DNA of 64,000 bases from Candidatus Peribacteria bacterium. Its GTDB lineage: Bacteria; Patescibacteriota; Gracilibacteria; Peribacterales; Peribacteraceae. A model generated the notes under the pieces. The model ran no database searches. It saw nothing but the letters and a program-made list of their open reading frames with translations, and was not told the DNA's origin. Positions 26,250 through 35,435 of this stretch are shown piece after piece; the first letter of the stretch is position 1, and each line of letters begins with the position of its first letter. Made by a program: the position numbers and the translations under genes. The DNA is taken from the NCBI GenBank assembly GCA_003483925.1, contig DMXL01000004.1:8242-72241 (forward strand). Direction: 5' to 3'.

Positions 26250-27760
26250 ACCGCGATCACCTCGTTCGATGCGATGCGTTCCAGCGAGGGCAATGCGCTC
26301 AATGCCTGGACGAAGGAGCGATTCTTCGTGGGGAGGACGAGGTACTGTGCAGAGGGGAAACGGTCGAGCGTTTGGCGGAGCCATGAGGAAGCGGAGATGA
26401 TCGGGTCGGGGAATGCGAAGGTGCGATCTCTCGTGACGTCCAGGAGCAAAGAGCCTGTCTGGTCCTCGATTGCGGTGAAGGATGAATCCATGGCCGTTGC
26501 GTACGTGAGATCCGGACGTACGGCGAAGAGCATCGCGAAGGTATCCCACAAGGTATTGAGGACATGCGCGCCCGGCTCGATGTCCTTGAGGGCTTCAGCG
26601 ACCGGCGCGAGGGAGCGTCGGGGATCCTCGCGAAGCAGGTAGGAGCTGGTCGTCTCGATGTTGTTCGCTGCAATGATGAGCAGTGCGCAGACGGCGAGCG
26701 ATCCAGTGGTAAACCTGGCCGGCAGGATCTTCTGTAAGAGGAGTGCGGGGGCGGAAGGCGCCAGTCCGATGATCTGTCCGATGAGGAGGATGAGGACGGG
26801 CCAGAGCATTTCGATGGATCGTGCCCAGAGCCAGAAAGCCGCGAGAAGTCCTACGACGATGAAGGCGGTGAACGTGACGCCCCGCTCATGCAGCGTCCGC
26901 AGGGGCACTTTGGAGCAGGAGAAAGCGCAGGCTCCGAGCAGGATAGCAGCGCCGGCTGCCGGTTCCGCCATGTGTGAGCCGAGACCGAATCCGCCGAGGA
27001 GCTCCGTGCCATGACTCATTTGCTGCGAGAAGACGGGCTGGAGGAAAACGGTGAAGAGATAGTGCAGGTATGCGGGAGCTTGAGGGTGGAGAAGCAGGCC
27101 GAGGCCGATGCCAAGAATGATGGAGAGAGCTGCCATGCTCGCGCGGCGCACATCGCCGACGGACAGCAGCCACAGGACGCCGATGCAGCTTGCGATCAGC
27201 GGGAAGATGAAGAGGTGCGAGAGCAGCACGGCGAGGGCGAGGAGCGGAAGGAGTGCCCACGTCTGGCGCCGCACGATCGCGAGGATGACGAGAACGAGCA
27301 CGCAGCTTATGAGGATGAACGGACGTGCGAGGAAGAGACGGAGGAAGAACCCCAATTCACCGAAGAGCAGGAGGACGATGAGAATGGCTGCGGAACCGGA
27401 CGGCACCTTGAGGGCGCGGAATGCAAAAATCATGATGACTGCGAGCAGTGCCGAAGAGAGGACGATGAACCACTTGATTCCGGTGACCAGCGGGAAGCCG
27501 GCGAGCGGCAGGAGGAGCACCTCCGACAGGAACCACGGATCACTGTTATGGTGAGTGAAATATCCCGTGAAGAAGAAATCCCCCCAGCCGGTGAAGGCGC
27601 CGATGCCGCGCTCCGCCATGAGACGCGCAAGCGTCAGGTGCCGGATGCCGTCGTCCTGGAACGGGGCGTTCTCAAGCGGCCACAACATGAGGGCGATGAG
27701 CCCTACGCAGAGTGCACCGATGACGAGGGGCATCCAGCGGCGGCGGAGGAGGGAGGACAT
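26225..27760 (-). CDS. Polytopic membrane protein, possibly a GT-C-type glycosyltransferase
   Basis: About 12 or more TM spans. An acidic motif (FQDDG) sits in the first loop and a soluble C-terminal domain follows. The family call is tentative. Confidence 0.5.
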   Translation of the reverse strand: MSSLLRRRWMPLVIGALCVGLIALMLWPLENAPFQDDGIRHLTLARLMAERGIGAFTGWGDFFFTGYFTHHNSDPWFLSEVLLLPLAGFPLVTGIKWFIVLSSALLAVIMIFAFRALKVPSGSAAILIVLLLFGELGFFLRLFLARPFILISCVLVLVILAIVRRQTWALLPLLALAVLLSHLFIFPLIASCIGVLWLLSVGDVRRASMAALSIILGIGLGLLLHPQAPAYLHYLFTVFLQPVFSQQMSHGTELLGGFGLGSHMAEPAAGAAILLGACAFSCSKVPLRTLHERGVTFTAFIVVGLLAAFWLWARSIEMLWPVLILLIGQIIGLAPSAPALLLQKILPARFTTGSLAVCALLIIAANNIETTSSYLLREDPRRSLAPVAEALKDIEPGAHVLNTLWDTFAMLFAVRPDLTYATAMDSSFTAIEDQTGSLLLDVTRDRTFAFPDPIISASSWLRQTLDRFPSAQYLVLPTKNRSFVQALSALPSLERIASNEVIAVFRVRNKG

Positions 27761-27824
27761 CGAACCGCATTGTACAGAAGCGCGGGGGTAATGGGAGGGC
27801 GGCTATCTCTTGGGAGCTCGTGAG

Positions 27825-27948
27825 CCCAGGTGTCATGGTGAGGTGCGAGAGGCATGCATGGATTCGTGGCTTTTTGCTGCGGTAAAAAGCATCTCACCTA
27901 CTTGTCCTGAGCTTGACGAAGGACGCCGCGAGCCACGAACCATCACCT
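27825..27948 (+). repeat. About 124-bp structured repeat (copy 1 of 2)
   Basis: About 93% identical by eye to 36413-36534, in the same orientation. It contains nested hairpins (GCTTTTTxC-TGCG-GTAAAAAGC; GGTGAGGTGC...GCAyCTCACC) and an embedded GTCCTGAGCTTGACGAAGGAC core. Confidence 0.85.
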
Positions 27949-28017
27949 GGGCTTTGAGGGATAGTTGCCTTCTTACGTGACGCTTCCACCCGCCTTCGTT
28001 ACAATACAGCTCCTCTC

Positions 28018-29229
28018 ATGGAGTCCTTCGCATCCATTCCGCAGGCGCTTGCATCGATCCGCGACGGCCGCATGATCATCGTGGTGGATGACGAGGGGCG
28101 TGAGAACGAAGGGGATCTCATCATGGCAGCCGAGCATGTGACGGACGAGGCGATGGCCTTCGTCATCCGGCACACCGGAGGAGTGGTCTGTCTTGCTCTT
28201 TCGCATGCGATCGCCGACCAGCTGGATCTGCCGCCGATGGTAAGTAGAAACACGTCCGCCTTCGGGACGCCGTTCACGGTGAGCATCGAAGCGCGCGAGG
28301 GGGTGACCACGGGCATTTCCGCGCACGATCGCGCGGAGACGGTTCGCCGCGCCGTGCAGCCCGCCACGCGGCCGCAGGATCTCAATCGACCCGGACATGT
28401 CTTTCCGCTGCGTGCACACGACGGCGGTGTCCTGTGCCGTGCAGGCCACACGGAAGCGACGGTGGACCTCTGCAGGCTCGCGGGACTCAAGCCGGGCGGG
28501 ATCTTAAGCGAGCTCATGAATGACGACGGAACGACCATGCGGCTTCCGAAGATCCGTACATTTGCTTCGGAGCATAACCTCCTCATCGTTTCCATCGCGG
28601 ATCTCATCGCGTACCGCCGCACCTCCGAGATACTTGTGAAGCGGGTCGCCCAGACGGAACTCACGACGGAGACCGGTCTCTGGATCATGATCGTCTACGA
28701 GGATACGTGCGATACGGGAGAGCACATTGCTCTCGTGAAGGGGGACATCGGCTCGGGCGCCCCCGTGACGGTCCGGGTGCATTCGGAATGTCTCACGGGG
28801 GACGTGCTCGGATCGCTGCACTGCGACTGCGGATCGCAGCTGAAGACCGCCATGCGCATCATCGAGCAGGAGGGGCGCGGTGTGGTTCTCTACATGCGTC
28901 AGGAGGGTCGTGGAATCGGACTCACCAACAAGATTCGTGCTTATGAGCTCCAGCGCAGCCACGGTCTCGATACGGTGGAGGCGAATGAACGACTCGGTTT
29001 CCCGGCGGATCTCAGAGATTACGGAACCGGAGCGCAGATCCTCAAGGATCTCAAGGTGGAGAAGATCCGGCTGCTCACGAACAATCCCAAGAAGGTGGTG
29101 GGCCTCTCCGGCTACGGGATGGCCATCGTCGAGCAGGTACCCATCGAGCTCAAGGAGCGCACGGATCTCCAGCGCAAGTATTTGCGAACGAAGAAAGAGA
29201 AGATGGGACATGTGATCCGGTCGGTGTGA
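28018..29229 (+). CDS. ribBA: Bifunctional 3,4-dihydroxy-2-butanone-4-phosphate synthase / GTP cyclohydrolase II
   Basis: DDEGRENEGDLIMAAE is the DHBP synthase block. RVHSECLTGDVLGSLHCDCGSQL is the GCH II zinc site. Confidence 0.92.
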   Translation: MESFASIPQALASIRDGRMIIVVDDEGRENEGDLIMAAEHVTDEAMAFVIRHTGGVVCLALSHAIADQLDLPPMVSRNTSAFGTPFTVSIEAREGVTTGISAHDRAETVRRAVQPATRPQDLNRPGHVFPLRAHDGGVLCRAGHTEATVDLCRLAGLKPGGILSELMNDDGTTMRLPKIRTFASEHNLLIVSIADLIAYRRTSEILVKRVAQTELTTETGLWIMIVYEDTCDTGEHIALVKGDIGSGAPVTVRVHSECLTGDVLGSLHCDCGSQLKTAMRIIEQEGRGVVLYMRQEGRGIGLTNKIRAYELQRSHGLDTVEANERLGFPADLRDYGTGAQILKDLKVEKIRLLTNNPKKVVGLSGYGMAIVEQVPIELKERTDLQRKYLRTKKEKMGHVIRSV

Positions 29230-29273
29230 CGATTTCATTTTCTCCAGTTCCCTCTTCCTGATACCGTACCCTT

Positions 29274-30503
29274 ATGGCCAAGCAGAGATCCTCCGCAGCA
29301 CTCATCGTCGCTCTCAGTATCGTCGGTGTGCTCCTCGTCGTCATCCGTCCGCTGCATCGGGAGGCGCAGGTGTTGGAGCACCCCGCGGAGGAGCAAGTTG
29401 CCTCCGCAGCCGTTCTGAGTCGTGCGCTGCTCGATGAATCCCTCGCGCTCGGACGCGGGTATCTCCTCGCCAATCAGAAGGAGGAGGGCAATTTCAATTA
29501 CGAGTACGACTTCCTGACGCGCGCATACTCCACGGGTGACAACCAGGTGCGTCAGGCCGGGCCGCTCTGGGCGCTCGCGCTCATCCACCGCGATCAGCCG
29601 TCGCCCGAGACGCGAGATGCCGTCCTCAAGGGCTTCGCGTTCTTCCGTGCACATTCCAAGGAGCTCCCCGACGGCCGGAGGATCGTCATCTACCCGCACT
29701 CCAAGTACGGCGAGACAGGAACCGTTTCCATCCTCTCCCTCGCCCTCATCGAATTTCTACGCGTGGAAACGGGGTGCCCGGAGTGCGCCGATCTCACGGA
29801 GGATCTCGACGGATACCTGAAGTTTCTGCTCTCCCAGAAGCGTAAGGATGGCCAGTACTATGAACACTATGCGTACAAAGACGGCGCATCGATGGACGGC
29901 ACATCGTCATACTTCGACGGGGAGACACTCCTCGCGCTCTCGAAGGCGGCACGGTATCTCGGTCACGACGAGCTCAAGGATCCCGTCCTCGATTCAGCGA
30001 AGCGCATGTATCACCACTACGTCACGGAAGCGCTTCAGGAGAGCCAGGATCCGGCCATCCTCAAGAGCTTTTACCAGTGGGGAACCATGGCGTACTACGA
30101 GATCGCGACCAGTGGGTGGGAGGACGCGGATGTCTACGGTGACCATGCCATCGAGATGACGCACTGGATGATCGGCGTGCACGATGTCCTGGAGCGCACG
30201 TTCAACACCGGCTACGCGTTCGAAGGCATCATGCATGCGTACGAGCTCGCGCGCCGCAAGGGGGATACGGATGCCGAAGCGCTCTTCCGCGATGCCGCAC
30301 AAGAGGGACTGGGCAAGCTCACGACATGGCAGGTGGGCATCCCCGTCGCGAACGATTATTTGCGTGCGCATTCGACGGACGATCCGCTGGCCCGTGGCGG
30401 GGTCATGAATGCCGCGGACAATCCGAAGCTCAGGATCGATGTCACGCAACATCAGATGCACGCGGTCCTCCTCGCGCGGGAGTTTTTGTATCCGGCTCCG
30501 TAG
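29274..30503 (+). CDS. Membrane-anchored protein with alpha/alpha-toroid-like repeats (terpene cyclase/prenyltransferase-like), function unknown
   Basis: N-terminal anchor AALIVALSIVGVLLVVI. Repeats are of the form LLANQKEEGNFNYEY and LLSQKRKDGQYYEHY. Confidence 0.45.
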   Translation: MAKQRSSAALIVALSIVGVLLVVIRPLHREAQVLEHPAEEQVASAAVLSRALLDESLALGRGYLLANQKEEGNFNYEYDFLTRAYSTGDNQVRQAGPLWALALIHRDQPSPETRDAVLKGFAFFRAHSKELPDGRRIVIYPHSKYGETGTVSILSLALIEFLRVETGCPECADLTEDLDGYLKFLLSQKRKDGQYYEHYAYKDGASMDGTSSYFDGETLLALSKAARYLGHDELKDPVLDSAKRMYHHYVTEALQESQDPAILKSFYQWGTMAYYEIATSGWEDADVYGDHAIEMTHWMIGVHDVLERTFNTGYAFEGIMHAYELARRKGDTDAEALFRDAAQEGLGKLTTWQVGIPVANDYLRAHSTDDPLARGGVMNAADNPKLRIDVTQHQMHAVLLAREFLYPAP

Positions 30504-30628
30504 CTTGCTGGGTTGTTGGCTTGTTGGGTTATTGGCAGCAGGGCACGGCAGTCGCGACCGCCATGCCAGGCCACGTTGTTGGCTTATTTCCATCTCTAAC
30601 AAGCTAACAACCTAACAACCTAACAACC
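30504..30628. repeat. Hairpin element with 8-nt periodic arms (copy A, 3' of two convergent genes)
   Basis: The arms are GGTTGTTG GCTTGTTG GGTTATTG GCAGCAGG and CTCTAACA AGCTAACA ACCTAACA ACCTAACA ACC. It shares exact 25-bp and 43-bp blocks with 31637-31750. Confidence 0.85.
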
Positions 30629-30639
30629 GAAACGCTCAG

Positions 30640-31599
30640 TTAAAGGATCGCATTGAACCCGTATCCGATGAGGATCATCCCCAGCGTGATGATCCCGAAG
30701 AACGCAGCGAGCAGCGGCCAGCGCATGACGCGTTTCAGGATGAGCGCTTCGGGCAGGGACAGCCCCACGACCGCCATCATGAACGCGAGGGCCGTTCCGA
30801 GCGGAACCCCTTTCTCCACGAGCGATTGGATGATGGGGATCACGCCCGTGGCATTCGCGTAGAGCGGCACTCCGGCGAGCACGGCGACGGGGACGGCGAA
30901 GAGACCCTGCGCCGCGACGGACTGTTCGAAGAATCCCGTCGGCACGAATCCATGAATGAGAGCGCCGAGACCGATGCCTAAGAGCACGTACGGCAGGACA
31001 TTCCAGAAGATGCGGAAGGCGTCGCGGGAGGTGAAGCGCAGGATCGCGTTGACGGAGCGGTGCTCTCGCTGCACGGACGCACGCATCTTCGAGGTGTCGG
31101 TGATCACGGCCGATACGAAGCGCTCGAGCCGCAATTTGCCGATCAGGTACCCTCCCGCCATGCCGATAGAGATGCCGGCGGCGACGTACAGGAGAGTGAT
31201 ACGCCAGCCGAAGAGGCCGATCATCATGCCGACGGCGACTTCATTGATGAGCGGCGAGGTGATGAGGAACGCAAGCGTGACGCCGAGCGGGATGCCCGCC
31301 TCGAGGAATCCGATGAAGAGCGGGATGGAGGAGCACGAGCAGAACGGCGTGGCCGCTCCGAAGAGGGTGGCGAGGAAGTAGTCGAGCCCGAAGAGGCGGT
31401 GGCTGGTGAGGAGTGTGCGTATCCGTTCGATCGGGAGATAGTACCGGAGCAGACTCATCGCGTGCGTGATGAGCAGGAGCAGGATCGAGACTTCGATGCT
31501 GTCTTTGATGAAAAACGAAGCGATGGCCGCCCCTTCCGATTGCGGCGGAAGGTGCATGACGGAGCCGACGAACCATTGCACGAATTGCTCGAGCATCAT
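30640..31599 (-). CDS. ArsP_1/DUF318-type permease
   Basis: TPFCSCSSIPLFIGFLEAGIPLGVTLAFLITSPLINEVAV is the family core with its Cys pair. About 8 TM spans. Confidence 0.75.
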   Translation of the reverse strand: MMLEQFVQWFVGSVMHLPPQSEGAAIASFFIKDSIEVSILLLLITHAMSLLRYYLPIERIRTLLTSHRLFGLDYFLATLFGAATPFCSCSSIPLFIGFLEAGIPLGVTLAFLITSPLINEVAVGMMIGLFGWRITLLYVAAGISIGMAGGYLIGKLRLERFVSAVITDTSKMRASVQREHRSVNAILRFTSRDAFRIFWNVLPYVLLGIGLGALIHGFVPTGFFEQSVAAQGLFAVPVAVLAGVPLYANATGVIPIIQSLVEKGVPLGTALAFMMAVVGLSLPEALILKRVMRWPLLAAFFGIITLGMILIGYGFNAIL

Positions 31600-31636
31600 G
31601 GACTACGATAGCGGCTCGCTGTTCGGAGATCTATAT

Positions 31637-31750
31637 GTTGATTGGTAGCTTATTGGGTTATTGGCTTGTTGGGTTATTGGCAGCAGGCCAAATTGTTGGC
31701 TTATTTCCATCTCTAACAAGCTAACAACCTAACAAGCCAACAAGCTTGTT
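31637..31750. repeat. Hairpin element with 8-nt periodic arms (copy B)
   Basis: GGCTTGTTGGGTTATTGGCAGCAGG (31663-31687) equals 30518-30542. TTGTTGGCTTATTTCCATCTCTAACAAGCTAACAACCTAACAA (31693-31735) equals 30576-30618. Confidence 0.85.
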
Positions 31751-32320
31751 CTACGCCTTCTGTTGCGCCGTGCCCCGGTAGCTCATCTGTGTCCGCGCCT
31801 GTTCCCGCAAGTGCATGAGTTTCTCGTAGATGTTCGCAATGGCGGGAGTGAAGTGAATGCGCAGCAGCGTATCCTGTGCCTCGAGTTCGATGGAGCCGAA
31901 GCCGAGGAGGTTCTGGATGAGGCCGTGCTGGTACTTGTTGATATCCTGCAGTGCCCACAGGTCGATACTCTGGTGGTCGTCGAGGATGATGAGCGACTTC
32001 TTGATTCGGTGAATCTTCTTGTCCGTGATGACGATGACGTAGAGGTAGTGTCGATAGAAGCGGGCGAGGAATTCGAAGTTGGCCAGAAGATAGAAGACCG
32101 TCAGGAGGACGAGCGTCGCCCGCCGCGTGAAGCTGTCAGGAATCCGGATCATGGCGAACGTCACGAATGCGATGCCGATGATGAGCAGATGCCAGACGAT
32201 GAGCTTGGTGAACGGCCAGAGCAGCCGGATCCAGTGCTGGCGGAAGGAAAACTGAAAGGCTTCCCCCGGGTGTTTGCCCTGGAACTCGGTATCGGCCGTC
32301 AGGGGCGGGGATTTCACCAT
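31751..32320 (-). CDS. Membrane protein with bacterial PH (bPH_2, YdbS/YdbT-like) domain
   Basis: Two TM spans are followed by IVITDKKIHRIKKSLIILDDHQSIDLWALQDI. Confidence 0.65.
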   Translation of the reverse strand: MVKSPPLTADTEFQGKHPGEAFQFSFRQHWIRLLWPFTKLIVWHLLIIGIAFVTFAMIRIPDSFTRRATLVLLTVFYLLANFEFLARFYRHYLYVIVITDKKIHRIKKSLIILDDHQSIDLWALQDINKYQHGLIQNLLGFGSIELEAQDTLLRIHFTPAIANIYEKLMHLREQARTQMSYRGTAQQKA

Positions 32321-32544
32321 AGGAAGAGGTATGTCACGATGATGACGACGATCAGGAGAAGCGTGTGGACGATGGCGAATGCCTTGAAGCGGATGTGCGT
32401 GAAGAGTGAACGCGCACCCGGGCCGCTCTCATCCGGCAGGCACATCCCTGCGATCTTGCGGTGGAAGATGTACCACATGGCCCCCTCGATGGCGAAGATG
32501 AGGAGGGCGAAGAACACGAGCGCGGTGAGGAGGGTGCTCTCCAT
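32314..32544 (-). CDS. Small two-TM protein, hypothetical
   Basis: The 76-aa ORF overlaps the start of the bPH gene by 7 nt, which suggests translational coupling. Confidence 0.45.
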   Translation of the reverse strand: MESTLLTALVFFALLIFAIEGAMWYIFHRKIAGMCLPDESGPGARSLFTHIRFKAFAIVHTLLLIVVIIVTYLFLW

Positions 32545-32832
32545 GAGAACCTCTCATTCTCCTCGTCTCAGAATTGTCTGTCAAAAACCCGCATATCTTG
32601 CGGAGGAAGCAGGAATGGTCCTTCGATGCGCTCACTGCGTTCGCTTACTCAGGATCATTCGAATCGCGTGAGTGTAAATGGCCGGAGCGCCGCAGCGCGA
32701 CGACCACCCTTCGACAAGCTCAGGGTTGTTCGACTTCATGAATACACCAGTCAAGAACAATCGAAGGACTGTGAGCGAACGAAGTGAGTCGAACAGTGAG
32801 CGAGCTTCTCGCGTAGCGAGAAGCGAGTCGAA

Positions 32833-32909
32833 TGGTGCCCCCTGCAGGGTTCGAACCTGCGACCTTCGGTTCCGAAGACCGACGCTCTATCCAGTTGAGC
32901 TAAGGGGGC
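32833..32909 (-). tRNA. tRNA-Arg (anticodon UCG), CCA encoded
   Basis: The minus strand reads GCCCCCTTAGCTCAACTGGATAGAGCGTCGGTCTTCGGAACCGAAGGTCGCAGGTTCGAACCCTGCAGGGGGCACCA. It has a 7-bp acceptor stem, an anticodon loop CTTCGGA and a T-loop TTCGAAC. Confidence 0.92.
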
Positions 32910-32951
32910 GTGGGAGTTAGCCTAGCACGACTGTGTGGTGTGCGGTACGCG

Positions 32952-35321
32952 ATGGTTAGGGTTACAATGATCTCCGTGCGCCGTTTCGCCTTACTCAGTC
33001 TGTCGGTTCTCGTTCCCCTCGCGGTCGGTGCGCAGATGGTGCCGTTCCTCGACGTCGTCGGGCACCCGCATGCGGCGCAGGTGGAGCTCCTCCACGCCCG
33101 CGGGGTGGTGGAGGGGACCGGTTACGGCCTCTTCCGTCCGGATATCCTCCTCAACCGTGCGGAGTTTCTCAAGATTCTCATGCGAGCGGTCTACGGTGAT
33201 ACGGGAGCGCAGACGGGAGACACATCCTGCTTCGCGGACTTCGTCGGATCTCCCCAGTGGTACTGGGGCGTCGCGTGCGCGGCGAAGGCGCGGGGAATCA
33301 TCGAAGGGTACCCGGATGGCACGTTCCGCGGCCAGAAGAACGTGATCCTCGCGGAAGCGCTCAAGATGAGCATCGACGGCTGGAAGATGCAGATACCCTC
33401 CTACCCCTCCGGTACGGCGAATTGGTACGACCCGTACATCGATGTCGGCGCGAGCAAGCGGATCTTCGACTACTTCCCCTACGATCCGGGGCATCTCCTC
33501 ACGCGGAGTGAGATGGCGGTCCTCCTCGTGTCGCTTGGCGGGAATATCGCGACGGTCGGCATCGAGCCGCCGCGCAGCGCATCGAGCGTATCCAGCGCGG
33601 CTTCCTCCGTCGCCTCGTCCTCGTCTCAGAGCTCCGTCACCTCGCCTGTTTGTGGCAACGGGAAAGTGGAGACGGGAGAACAGTGTGACGATGGCAACAG
33701 CGTGGCCGGTGACGGATGTTCTTCGCAGTGCGTGATCGATGCCGTGCTTCCGGCAGAACTCCTGCTCGCGGTGCAGGAGACCCCTTCCGGGATGCGCGAA
33801 GGCGGGAGCAAAGATGTCCCGCTCCTGACGATCGATGCCGCTGCGCGCAACGGAGATGTGCTTCTCACCGGCCTCCATGTGCAGGTAATGACGGGGAGCA
33901 TCGCGCGGCTGCGCAACTTCCGCATCCGCTTCGATGCGGATGGTGACGGGATGCCGGAGAAAGTGGCGGGGAATGCCGTCCTTGCGGGAAATACGCTTCC
34001 GTTTTCCGCACTCGCGGTTCCCGTTCGTGCCGGAACCATCGTGCGCATCGAGGTCATCGCGGATATCTTGCTCACGGTCGATCCGCAGGCGATCGGAGCG
34101 CGGATCGATCCGGAAAATCAGGAGTCCGTCCGCGCGATCAGCGTTCGGGGATTCACCGATCTCACTGGCATTCATCTCGACGATCAACCCTGTCCGGTGG
34201 CGTCGTGCGCCGTCACGCTGTCCGTCGGCGGCGGGGCGACGGAGCTTCCGACGACAGGGCCGGCAGCCGGCACGCTCACGGTGATGCAGGACTCCGTTCC
34301 GGTGCGAAGCCGTCAGCTGCTCCCGGGAAGCGCGGACAGCGTCGTGGCGCGGTTCAAGCTGCACGCGAGCGGCGAGGATGTGCGCGTGACGGGTCTGGCT
34401 TTCAGCGGGGCTTCCGTGGTGCCGTACTTGGAGCTCTACCAGGGGAGCTCCGCGATGCCGTTCGCCTCGGCGACCGCATCCGATTGCGGGAATTCTTCCG
34501 GTGGCCTGCTCTGCGCACAGACCGATTTCGTCGTCATGCAGGATCGGGATGTGACGCTCCTCATCCGGGCGCAAATTCCCGCAGGCAGTCCCCGGCGTTT
34601 GAGCGGCCGATCCATCGCCGTGACGCTGTTGCCATCCTCGCTTCAGCAGTCCGCAGTGGAGGCGATCGGTGTGCAGTCGGGTGTTGCGTTCAAGCTCTCC
34701 GATCCTCTGGGCAAGCAGGAGGGGAGGATCTTCTTGGGTTCCGCTTCCGGCGCGCCACAGGCGCTCGTCGGGCCGCGGCATGACATCGCCGCATCGCGGA
34801 TCGTGGCGATCGAGAATGCGGACATCCATCCGGATGGTTCACCGGTGCAGCTCGGACTCATGACTGCGGGGGCTCTTCGCTTCCGGGCATCGCCCGGTCC
34901 CGGAAAGATCGCGCTCGATTCGTTCCCGCCGCGCCTGCACACGCTCGTCTTCACCCTCACGACGCAGAACGTGGACATCGACCCTGCCACCATTACGCTC
35001 GTCAATCCGCGCACCCCTTCCGCCGCGAAGACCTGCACGGCCGGCGAGCCGGGCACGTCGCTTGTCATCACCTGCACGCATCTGGAAGGAAGCGCCGTCC
35101 AGACCGTCATCCCGCAAGGCGATGTCATCACGCTGGCGCTCAAGGTGAACGTACGAAAGATCGCGAAGGGCAGCGGTCCGGCCGTGCTGCAGCTGTCGCT
35201 GCCCAATCTGGGCAACCGCACCCAGACGGGCACGATCGAGTGGGACGACAGCCAGACGACCTATCATTGGCTGGATCTGGATCAGACGATCGTAAAATCC
35301 ACGATGTACCGATCGGAATAG
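32952..35321 (+). CDS. Large SLH-domain surface protein with a Cys-rich DGN repeat
   Basis: Signal peptide ISVRRFALLSLSVLVPLAVGAQ. SLH blocks FLDVVGHPHAAQVELLHARGVVEG and FADFVGSPQWYWGVACAAKARGIIEGYPDGTF. CGNGKVETGEQCDDGNSVAGDGCSSQC is also present. The start could instead be 32967. Confidence 0.75.
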   Translation: MVRVTMISVRRFALLSLSVLVPLAVGAQMVPFLDVVGHPHAAQVELLHARGVVEGTGYGLFRPDILLNRAEFLKILMRAVYGDTGAQTGDTSCFADFVGSPQWYWGVACAAKARGIIEGYPDGTFRGQKNVILAEALKMSIDGWKMQIPSYPSGTANWYDPYIDVGASKRIFDYFPYDPGHLLTRSEMAVLLVSLGGNIATVGIEPPRSASSVSSAASSVASSSSQSSVTSPVCGNGKVETGEQCDDGNSVAGDGCSSQCVIDAVLPAELLLAVQETPSGMREGGSKDVPLLTIDAAARNGDVLLTGLHVQVMTGSIARLRNFRIRFDADGDGMPEKVAGNAVLAGNTLPFSALAVPVRAGTIVRIEVIADILLTVDPQAIGARIDPENQESVRAISVRGFTDLTGIHLDDQPCPVASCAVTLSVGGGATELPTTGPAAGTLTVMQDSVPVRSRQLLPGSADSVVARFKLHASGEDVRVTGLAFSGASVVPYLELYQGSSAMPFASATASDCGNSSGGLLCAQTDFVVMQDRDVTLLIRAQIPAGSPRRLSGRSIAVTLLPSSLQQSAVEAIGVQSGVAFKLSDPLGKQEGRIFLGSASGAPQALVGPRHDIAASRIVAIENADIHPDGSPVQLGLMTAGALRFRASPGPGKIALDSFPPRLHTLVFTLTTQNVDIDPATITLVNPRTPSAAKTCTAGEPGTSLVITCTHLEGSAVQTVIPQGDVITLALKVNVRKIAKGSGPAVLQLSLPNLGNRTQTGTIEWDDSQTTYHWLDLDQTIVKSTMYRSE

Positions 35322-35324
35322 ATC

Positions 35325-35415
35325 AGCTTGTTAGCTTCTTAGCTTGTTAGCTTCTTAGCAGTAGGCCACTTTGACGAGGAGCTTCCACTCCTAAGAAGCT
35401 ACAACCTAAGAAGCT
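35325..35415. terminator. Hairpin with 8-nt periodic arms between convergent genes
   Basis: AGCTTGTT AGCTTCTT AGCTTGTT AGCTTCTT AGC pairs with CTAAGAAGCTACAACCTAAGAAGCT. Confidence 0.5.
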
Positions 35416-35435
35416 CGTTTCATTGAGTATCTCTC

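Noticed and set aside
30504-31750. The hairpin elements flanking the permease as integron attC sites.
   Set aside because: The arms are ordered GTT-rich then AAC-rich, the opposite of the RYYYAAC...GTTRRRY layout of attC. There is no integrase or attI in the window, and similar hairpins occur after unrelated genes.
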